The notes beneath the pieces were generated by a model, which was not told the DNA's origin, did no database searches, and saw only the letters and a program-made list of their open reading frames with translations. Shown piece by piece: positions 53,947 through 64,000 of a stretch of DNA of 64,000 nucleotides (the first letter of the stretch is position 1; each line of letters opens with the position of its first letter). The stretch covers positions 12,352,909 through 12,416,908 of the forward strand of contig CM082580.2 of assembly GCA_040954595.2 (NCBI GenBank), written 5' to 3'. The translations under genes and the position numbers were made by a program. The DNA is from Balanoglossus misakiensis (taxonomy: Eukaryota; Animalia; Hemichordata).

Positions 53947-56900
53947 GGTTTTCAGCGGTCTTCCAGTTTCGGGCTCAACGAGAGAGAAGTGGTAACGCAC
54001 CGCAGTCAGATGTGTCGCCAGAGATGAAGTGGTCCGGTCTTTTTTAGTTCCCGCGTATCATTGCTTACTGATCGCACAGATTAGTACACACGTGATAATG
54101 CACAAGTTGGCGTGGAAGTTTCTATGTCAATACTGGTCGGCTTCTTAGCGACCGCTCGTTGCTTGCATCACGAAGGCCGGTCGACTTCCGTATGCATAGC
54201 CAAGTGTGTGGTCAACGTAGGGCATATGATATGGACATATTTGGAATAGCCCCCCTGTGAAATATATACAAACTTTTCCTGTAACGAACTTTTGTAGTTT
54301 TGATTATTTACAGTTCCCAGGATCATACATGCGTGGCAGGCTGGCTTTGTGAATGCTAAACAATACAAAACAATGGGATTGACACCCAGACAGGGTTTTT
54401 TCTTCACACAATGGATTTTTAGCGACTCGGGGGTGTAAAGCGGTGTTGGCTATCGGGTCGAAGATTACGTATAAACACCCACCCACCTCAGACTTGAGAT
54501 TGGTCTTGCATGAGATGAAGTTGTAGTGCCTGTTACCATGGATGTTTTATAGTATGTACTTCCATTCTATCACCGTCACTTGGTAACATGCTCAGGGAGA
54601 GAGGAGGGAGATTCGCAGTGATTTGTTTGTTTGGGCGGTTTTCGGTCATTTTGAGCAAGTTTGGCAAGCTGTTATGTACTGCATGAAAAATGCTGGACAT
54701 TTCACCCTGCATTGGTAAGATGGGCAGTTGAAAAAGAAAGTGTAGTTGGTACGGAGAAAGGATACTGAAAAGTTAACCAAAAGTTACAGCCAAAAAGGTT
54801 TACTTTATATAGTCCAGAGGGTGCATCCATGAGACACATCTTCCACGAGACTCATCAACGCACATACACAGACTCGTTCACGAAAAGTGCAACCAGACTT
54901 TTGTGATTACGGGAACATGGCAAATTTTATTATTAGAAAGAATAGTCATACAGGTGTGTTTTTGTCCTGCTTACGTCATCTTCCGACAGGACGGGGGAAA
55001 ATCAATGATTGCCGAGGTGATTTGAAAAGATAAAGATTACAAATCGCAGAAGATAGCGCATATCTCGCCGGAATCTGCAGCGTTCCCACGACGGGAACAG
55101 GTCAAGTAGGCAAAAACCACGCCCTCTATATCACCGGCACCGTCGGTCAATGACACCTGGGAATTCGAACGGTGAATCAGGAAATCGCATCCATCGAGGC
55201 TAATGTTCTTGCAGGTGTCACGTTCACGCTGTGGGTGCGCGGACAAAGGATTGCCGGGCAGCCAAAGAGTCTAGTCCACGTGTATCCTGGCGTCGTTGTG
55301 GGTCTTTCGCTTCTACTTGTAAGTAAACCTGCCTGGAATTACTGTACATGTAATTGCAAGAATCCTTTGTGCGAGTGCTGGAACCGGGTACCTGGCGAGA
55401 AACCAACCCTGGCCGGTGTCTTCCCATTCTCGCATTAATTTTTTGTTTACATTGACTGTTTACACGGCGTTAGTCCTTGTTTTCATTTGGAATATTTATC
55501 AACTAATTATCGAGTTGTCAATTTGTTTCCAGATAACCAGCCGATAAGCCTCGGGGTCTTTTTAATAATCTGATTATCAGCGTCGCGCACAATCGAAAGG
55601 TACACTTCGTGGAGAGAAAACAAATCAATAATTGTTCGGTGATAGGTTAATTATTATTTTCTACAAAGAGGCCCGTTTTGGTGTCTTGCTGAGTACTACA
55701 AGAAGCCGGCTATCGGTGAAAAATACCTTCAAACTTGCAATAAAAACAGTAAAGCAAAGGTAAGACTTCTGTCTTCTAGCGTTATCTTTATGTATGTGTC
55801 ATAAACGGACAAATCGTTCGGCGGACTCTGGGGCAACCCTTTGAATCATAGACTTCCAGACAACAGCTGTGTACACACAGTATACTTCAGAATACCACCA
55901 CAATTGTTGTCTGTGGTTTTAATGTGCAGCAATCTCAAAATTGGGATTCATCTTATATCTAGTCCACTTCTGGCGTTGATGGCGCACTCAATTTCAGAAG
56001 ACACTGTTTATACAAAGCCAAGAAGTAAACAGGACGCGGGTGTTCAATCACAACGATGATAGTCAGCGCAATGTAAACATCCGCGAACACGAGGAAGGTC
56101 CACCTAATCACATAACATTACATTCTTTGCCTCTGATTTAACGGGAAAGCATTTTTCTTTTCTGTTGTAAGTGATAGGATTAAGATATTCGAATGCCCCA
56201 GTTCCCATGTGTCATCAAGAAGGGCCAGGATGTTCGCCTTTTCGACCTGGTAAGGGGGTTACCATTTGTTGGAATTTGGGGGGGGGGAGAAGTCGGTGAG
56301 TTTTAATTACATTAATGAATGTACATATTTCGCTAATCGCCGCTTCAATTCATCAGTGTACAACAATCTTGTGGATGTAATTTTTTACGGTAACATGATG
56401 GGAATGTGCCGTTGAAAGGGGTATTTCTTTCGTTGCAGATTAACATGCTCCCCCATGACTTGGTTATTGAAAATCTTTCGTTTATTGCTAAAGAAGAGAA
56501 ACAGTCACTCACTCACTAAGTGTGCATCACCTTCAGTTACACAGTCGTAGTACATGCTGTAACTATGGCGATCGCTGTTTCAACCTGTGTCTTGGAACAG
56601 AACACGCCCTTCTACGGGAATGGATGAAAACCCGAACGATATTAAATATCGACTCTGTCCATATAATTTTTTTCTTTGCGACCCAATTTTGTATTACGTT
56701 GACAATAGATTTGCACGTTATTTTCTCTCCAGAAGGAATGTCAATAACTAAAACACGGTTCGACATTCCCCATCTGCTAACTTTCCTCAGGGGTAACTGA
56801 TTCGTAGCTCCGACGTCTTGGTTATTTTCTTGTTGAGATATTTCTGTTGATATTGAGATTTAAAAATAGTACAGTATTTGCTCAAGCGCCCAAGCTTTCA

Positions 56901-57525
56901 CACGATCTGTAATAAATCAACTGAGGGGGGAGTCTAATTTACATGGAGTAGAGCAATAGCGGTTATTACTCTGGTTGTTTTGCACGTTGCGATTACGTCT
57001 CTATAGCAACAATTACCTTGACGCCATCAATCACTTCCAGGCATGTTTCAGATTTCCTCTCTAGTTTTGTTTGAGCACTTCGAACCGTCAGTCGCGCAGG
57101 GCGTAGGGGTTATTCTAACTTTTCATGACATGGCAATGTAATGGGACAAGTGCGATACCCTTTGGCAAGTTTTAATTCATTGTCTGTGAAGGAGAAACGC
57201 CTCTTGGCTTTTTGGCTTGGCTGATACCAATGAGTGCAAAATGTAGTAGTCACACGAGCTAAGCTAAAGTCTGAGTGTAAAATAAAGAAAGGATTTGTAA
57301 TTTCGATTTTAGCATTGGAGCTCTATTTACCAAGACTACCGGCGGATTTATACACTCACTTTCGGCTACCGACGGTACTGTCGGTGCGCCGCGCCTTTGT
57401 TGATGTGGTGGGCGCGTCGTGGTTGCTTATAGCAACAGATCAAGTCGACAATGAGGTCGCCATTCAATGTACCAGTATTCAGCAGTTGAGGGCACAGAAC
57501 TCGCATTTTATCAAGTGTGGTGTTG

Positions 57526-57531
57526 TATAAG
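57526..57531 (+). promoter_or_regulatory. Putative TATA box of the dispanin gene
   Basis: TATAAG about 65 nt upstream of the ATG at 57593. Confidence 0.35.
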
Positions 57532-57592
57532 CATCCAGATTGTCTTCGTCACCATCGAGCTGTTCCAAAAGGGATAGATTTTCGTTTTCAAA

Positions 57593-59740
57593 ATGACTGA
57601 TGCACAGACTGGTGAGTAAATTTACTATTTTCAGCTGGCATTGCGAACCCTGAACAGCATATCAAATATCACAGTGCCTTAGTTCATATTAATGGAAATT
57701 TAAGTGTACAGTTTGGCGACCAGATAAATGACAGGCCGTTAAAATTTCGCACGCGCGCTCTTTTCTATGGATGTCTTTTTATAGTGGGATTTTAATGAAT
57801 GCTGTGGAGCTGTTTTCAGTTTTAGACGTTTAACAATTAAACCTGCCGATTACCCAACTTATAACTACCTGTCATTGTGTAAGCGATCAGAAATCAGATG
57901 TGCGTATAATATGTACATCACCAAGGTACTGGTCTCGTCGCGGTAGGCAACGACACGTAACAGTCATAAAATGGCGGCGGGCACGGGCGAACCGGATCCG
58001 TTGGTTGGCCCGTGTGCAGTGGACTCGCTTTTACAGTAATTGCGCTTGGCAAACATCGTGACCGTGACGTGCGGATGTACATGTTCAGATACGCCGGGGC
58101 CATTAACTTATGGTTTCGGTCATACGCGAGAAGGGAAAGCGCGAAAGAGCCAATCGGTGCGGATCGGATGGTGGTTGAAATGTGGAGCAGTACCTACAAT
58201 AATTGAGGATACCGCCTTTAAAAAAAGATAAAATGATTGATAACTCGTGACCTGCCTGGAGAAAGAGTAAGCGATGAAGTATTTGAGAAATCGCTACAGG
58301 TCAATGTATCTTAACCGCGGTAAACCAAGCATGACATTTTGAATTGGTCTACTTGTCCTCTGCCAAACAGCGGGTCATTTACCTGTTATTGAGGACACAT
58401 TCTATTTTCGCGATTTCATCAATCTCGAGGATCTGCGTTTACGGAATCGTCAGCTACGGAATTTTACCGACTTTCCCCCAAGATCAACTAAATTGTGACT
58501 TATCGCGCTAAATCCAACAGGTGGGGAAAATATAAGTCTCCATCTTGTCTGTTCTATAGCAACGCGTAATTGCCGAGGAAATTCAATACTTTCTGTCGCT
58601 GACGTTTAGATCGTCACAGTTCAGCGGTTTCAGAAAATGAAACACCCGCGACCTAATTTCTGTATATTGATCTGAAATAGTAAGAAATATCGATCTGCAG
58701 AAACAACTTTTGAAATGTTTGAATTTCAGTACATCGATTAAAATTGACATGTTTTATATTCGTTGGGTGGACAAGTTCTTTAACGTGATTTTAGGAATTA
58801 GACAAGTAACTGTCACGTAATGGCGAAACCACCGATAAAAATACATCAAAAATCTACAGATCTTTGTAAATTATAATGCATAGTAATACTAGCCATTGAC
58901 AGAAGAAACATTTGAGGCTTGACCTAACTTTAAAACCTCACATGAACGATCGGCTTGTACCATTGCGACCTTCCAGAGGGTTTGCTTGCTGTGGTTGCCA
59001 TGACCACCACGAAACACAAAGTCTGACCTTGGGCAGTTAGCCGTATTCTTGACTTCGTTCAAGAGCTTGAAGGAGCTGAATTCAATATATCTTTGAATAT
59101 TCTACGGACATATATAAATATTGAAGAAAAAAATATGCGTAAGATGTGAAGGGTTTCTTCGTGTGACCCGAAAACAAACGTGAAGGCCAGTCGAGTGAAC
59201 CTGAAAATGTATTCCTTTCGTGGCCATGTTAGCGTTCTTGGTTTATATACTGTAAATATCAAGTTATTATCGGAGGAAACTTTGGTCTGAATTCCACAGG
59301 GACTGATGAACTGTAAAACGTTTATTTTATTCAATAGCTTATTTTCTCGATCCATGAAAGAGAGAGACAGAGACAGAGAGAGAGAGAGAGAGCGTCTCGG
59401 AAAGTAACACGCCGCAAACCGATTCACAAAACACTCCACCTGTTGTTAAACGCTGAATGCCTTCATTCAAATTTGCAGTGAAAGAACTGTTGAAATGTAT
59501 GAAAGCTCAGCTGAGCCCTTTCCGCAGGACTCATTTCACATCTACACAAAGGCGAGGGCACGCACTTGTTATCCGGCCTATTTACGTGTGCGTCAAAAGC
59601 CTCAAAAAATTAGAGCGTTACAATACTTACTGTCGTGTCGCTACGCAACATAAAAACAAATATCTCTGCAACAATAGATCCAAATGCAATAGCAGAAAGT
59701 GGATCGTCGACCCTGCACTGAATCATATGATGTGTATAAT

Positions 59741-59810
<70 letters not shown>

Positions 59811-62065
59811 TCCGTCTTCGTCGTCACGGTTCAACATGTGAACGTTGCTTTCTTTCCTACACTTATATTGCTTCAAATAATTTTAATTATGATTTATACA
59901 ATTCTCTTCAATCACGATGATGACATGGCCTTCACTATAAGGGTCTCGGGAGAATTGATGATCTGACTAAATTAATGAATAAATGAGACCTATCGAATAA
60001 GGACGTATAGTTTATCCTATTTAGAACCGATTAATGCACTGTATAACATATATCGGTTGATTTTATACCACATTAATTCATAACGCTGAACTAAATACTG
60101 CACCATATAACGATTAATGCATTCATTTTGCGTGTTTGTTTACTTCGGTTTGTGATGTCATGACAACGTGACGATTGTCGATAAATATCAAATTTGCAGA
60201 TGATGTGTTCGTCCCATGCATTGTGGTTTCCTGGCTGTTGCGCCAATTAACCTGCTGTCACCTTCTGAAGCGAAATAACGCTTCAAAAATCATTCTGCAT
60301 TTTTACTTTCTTATATTTTGTTTCTTCTGATTCACTGGCGAAATGTCTTCGTCGACATGTACTCCGGCGATTGTCGATAATAAGAAAACGAGTGACGTGT
60401 AACTGACGCACTTCCGGCGTTTTGCCAGCTGGCAAAACTCCATACTCTTGAAAGGAGAGTTCACCTCGTAAGTTCACGAAACCAGGTGTCGCCTGAGGAA
60501 GTAGTTCTGGGAGAAAAAGCTTCCGAAGGATTTAACGTACAAATGCACTTACGTATTTATGCGCGCTCACAATAGAAAGTGTGGAAAGGCTTTCGAGACA
60601 GAACTCCAATATTAACGAGGTGGACGGTTTACCACACGGTTGCAGCCAGAAAAAAAATAGCAACGTACATCCGTTTTTTAATACAGCGACCATTTTCTCT
60701 CGTCGAAGCCGTCCGTCGGAAAAATAAAAAGAGTACAAATAACAGTATTTTAATATGTAGAATGACCTATAGAAACACCGTGGTCCACTTTACAGAACAT
60801 TGAATGATTGTGTGTCCGCATTACACATTATCGCGAACCAGTCTGAAACTGTTGCCGTAAAGTGGTCGTGGTTTACGACGATGACTCTACAGTAAAGATT
60901 TTTCTCTTTTACATCGCAGATTTACCCGGCCAGCCAGCCTATGGCGGCGGCGAACCAGCACCGGCTTACGGCCAGGCGCCACCTGCAGCATACGGCCAGC
61001 CAGCACCGGGTTATGGCCAACCAGCACCGGGTTATGGCCAGCCTGCACCGGCGTACGGCCAGACGACAACTGTTGTACGTAGCCTTGATATGTTTAGAGA
61101 GGAAAGAAACACAAGTGGGGATCTCTCATTCTGGGAATCACATTCACGCTTTAATTTATACATGGGGAGGCTGAGAACAGCATTAAAAAATGGGCAGAAC
61201 AAACGTGAAGGGTTGCTTTGATACTGTTTGAATGTCCACCGACGAGGGCGCACACGAGCCATTTCAAACAAAACGTGCCACCCTTCATGATCTTACCGTC
61301 TAACAGTGTACTAGTATATGTATTCCCAGGATTAAATTTCAAACTCGCAGCACTCTGTATCGCATCATTTTAACTGTTAAACCAATCGTTGATTCAACAG
61401 ATTGCACCGCAACCAATGATGATGACAACAACTGTGGTGAAATCGGCTCCTTCCAACTATTTGGTTTTGGCGATATTTGCCATGATTTGCTGTTTCCTGC
61501 CAACCGGCATTGTTGCTGTTATATTTGCAGCTCAGGTAATTAAAAATACAAGCCACTTTCTTTTTTTCATCCGTTTGGTGACGGTTTAACATTAATTCTT
61601 TGAACGTATATATTAATTCAGAAGTTCGACGTGTAACTGTCCTGTGAAAGATAAGCTCGTCCAATACAGTAGCTGGACAATGATGTATCTGTCTGATGTC
61701 GGTCCAATCACAGTCGCATGTTTTTTGGCCCCAGAAAACGGGTGACTAGCGACTGTGAGTTACATAAACAACTGTGATGTGTTCCATTCCTGTTGGGTTC
61801 TATTCCCGGTTCATGTTTAGGCATAGCAAAGTCACGTCACCATCATGAAATTTATGCATGTGTTTGCACGCAGGTAAACGGAGCGTGGGAAAGTGGCGAC
61901 GAAGAAAAGGCACGTGAATATTCCAAGAACGCCAAGTGTTGGAGCATAGCAACCATCGTAGTTGGTATCGTTGCCGATGTCCTAGTCGTGGTGATCGTCG
62001 TGGTGTATTTTGTGGTCATTGCTGCCAGTTTTGTGACTGGCGTCACAGACGGGCTATCAGCATAA
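57593..62065 (+). CDS. CD225/dispanin family membrane protein (PRRT1/IFITM-like) with Pro/Gly/Tyr/Gln-rich N-terminus
   Basis: Exons 57593-57611 (MTDAQT, G|GTGAGT donor; least certain), 60920-61074 (LPGQPAYGGGEPAPAYGQ..), 61401-61535 (..PSNYLVLAIFAMICCFLPTGIVAVIFAAQ), 61874-62065 (VNGAWESGDEEKAREYSKNAKCWSIATIVVGIVADVLVVVIVVVYF..). The P-x-x-YL..CC..P.G..A...S/A..V.....GD...A...S..AK pattern is the CD225 signature. Confidence 0.88.
59359..59392. repeat. Imperfect (AG)n microsatellite
   Basis: Direct reading. Confidence 0.85.
59744..59806. repeat. (CT)n microsatellite
   Basis: About 31 perfect CT units; explains the SLSL/ERER ORFs. Confidence 0.95.
60955..61062 (+). repeat. Coding 21-nt tandem repeat (PAP[AG]YGQ x5) in the dispanin gene
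   Basis: CCAGCACCGG(C/G)TTAYGGCCAR-type units, one of them 24 nt long. Confidence 0.9.
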
Positions 62066-63244
62066 ACGCAGCGGCCTCTTCCATGCATATATGGACGGAC
62101 GTACACAGGGAAGAAGCCTTAGAGGATAAACAAATTGCAAATAACTCGTTCTCGTCTCGCTTGCCAGACCGCGAAGCCCCCCCCCCCCCCCCATGCCCCC
62201 CCCCCCTCTCCGAGCGGCGAAGTCATGAGCAACAGCAAGCTCCCGCGTTTCATTTTGCGCGCCGTCGTGGCTTCGCCGCTCGTGCGGTCTGACAAAGTTG
62301 GTCCAGGGGGATCCAGCGTAGTCTGGTTCCCTGCCCCAGCGCACTACGATACAAACTCAACAGCGACATTCAACAGGTGGACCTAGAGAAGAGCGCCTTA
62401 AGCGACGAATATTTCAGTTTACACAACCACAGAGCTTCTCGAGACTCTATGACTCAACGTCTTACAATACCCATTATGCGTTAGTTTATCCTTGACAACG
62501 CTGATGGCGAAACTCACGCCACATTGCTGCTTTTTAATTCAAATATCGAGTTTATGAGAATTGTTTGCATATATTTCAGGGTAGTGAAAAGCATAGACTG
62601 TCTATGTGTAAAGTAGGTAACGATACAATCTGATTAAAATCAGATGTAGAGTTAGGCACCATCTTTACTTTGCTGGTTCTTGGCTGTTCTGTTCGGAAGG
62701 GGTTCGCTTACGTCCGAGAACAGCCAAGGCATAGAACAGAGCAGCCAAAGCCGTGAGAACAGAATAGCCAAACATCGCCTAATTCTACATCTGATTTTAA
62801 CCAGATTGGTAGCGATACGAGTACACAGTTTGAATTATGAATTCCAATCTCAAACATTTACAATCTATGCACGAATTTCAAGAAAATTAATAATCCCATT
62901 TATCAATCGAGAAAAATCCACATGTGATTTTCAAATTCTATATCAGCATGATCAGTTCCATGTGTAATATGTTTTAACCCTGACTTGAAACATTTTAGCG
63001 CATCTGCAGTACTTTGATAATATCATGATATTTTAAACAGATAATGCAACTATTGTGGACAGGTTTTATACGTGTATTATACTGGATTTCTATTGTAAAT
63101 AATAAAACTGTTATTCTGTAAATTAAAAAAGTGTGTTTGTGTGGTCAGCGTCATTTCGGTTAGAATAGCATCTTCGAAGAAGACACGAGGTCTATGCGCT
63201 CGATTACTGCATGTGTGGTATGACCAATGACCATGGTATGACTT

Positions 63245-63430
<186 letters not shown>

Positions 63431-63895
63431 CATTTTGAGACTACGAAAGCATATACTCCAAGATACATACAAGTAATTGGCATACTGCTGTGCGTGTACT
63501 ACTTATTTTGACTTTCTATGTAAAAACATTTGCGAGTGCACATTTTTAATAGATCTCTCTCTTTCACTGGATTTTAGTCAGTCAATGGTATTCCACCTCC
63601 TTGAAGGCTACTTTCTGTCGAATTTTGCATTTTGTGAAAATGCTATAGCATTTTCTAGTATTCTCCCTTTTTCAAGCACGTGTATTAGTGTGTGGAGTGA
63701 CCGTGTGCATATACATGTACATGTATAACATTCACAAAAACGTCAACTTAGAGGGTCCGGTCGTAAGGAGAATGAAAGTTGACGTGGTTCCTTATCACAC
63801 TCATTAAAATCCTGTTTGTGCAGTGACGTCTGCGCTGTTTTCATTTCCGTGTGCAACGTTGTTGGAGTCGCATACGTGTCAAATTGGCGGCCAAT

Positions 63896-63908
63896 ATGGA
63901 ACAGAAAG
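63896..63908 (+). CDS. Probable first coding micro-exon (MEQK) of a gene running off the window
   Basis: AATATGG start context, ATG GAA CAG AAA G|GTGAGT strong donor, preceded by CpG-rich promoter-like sequence with a TGACGTC element. Confidence 0.35.
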
Positions 63909-64000
63909 GTGAGTTACTTTCATGTTGTTGGAGGACAGACGACTGTAAGTTACTCTCGGCGAACCAGTCGCTAATTTTGGAGGACGTGTAGGCCATTCTA

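Noticed and set aside
55379-55415. GGAACCGGGTACCTGGCGAGAAACC, reminiscent of a widespread invertebrate SINE-like motif
   Set aside because: Too short and degenerate; no A/B boxes or tail identified.
57142-57158. Reverse complement resembles miR-92 (TATCGCACTTGTCCC)
   Set aside because: Seed mismatch, only about 15 nt of similarity and no supporting hairpin.
59457-59966. 169-aa ORF with SLSLSL run and antisense ERERER ORF
   Set aside because: Artefacts of the (CT)n microsatellite.

Overview
Eukaryotic (metazoan, probably marine invertebrate) genomic DNA with spliceosomal GT-AG introns; no prokaryotic features. Reading exons by hand gives five complete intron-containing genes in alternating orientation plus one tRNA: SNRPC/U1-C (+, 142-1781), IGHMBP2/SMUBP-2 helicase (-, 7675-2380, 16 coding exons), tRNA-Asn(GTT) (-, 7839-7912), a GPI-type ephrin with a 25.7-kb first intron (+, 11731-43484), a second convergent GPI-type ephrin (-, 53946-49690) and a CD225/dispanin (PRRT1/IFITM-like) gene with YGQPAP repeats (+, 57593-62065). 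A probable first micro-exon of a further gene lies at the right edge. The most notable observations are the tRNA-Asn apparently nested 17 nt inside a 5'UTR intron of the tRNA-binding helicase IGHMBP2, and candidate alternative first and last exons of ephrin 1 that would give leaderless or secreted, anchor-less isoforms. Also of note are an extra Cys pair in ephrin 2, an extra TRAFD1/XAF1-like zinc finger in IGHMBP2 and overlapping convergent 3' ends of SNRPC and IGHMBP2. Gene models are manual and lack transcript evidence; most short ORFs in the supplied track are non-coding noise.
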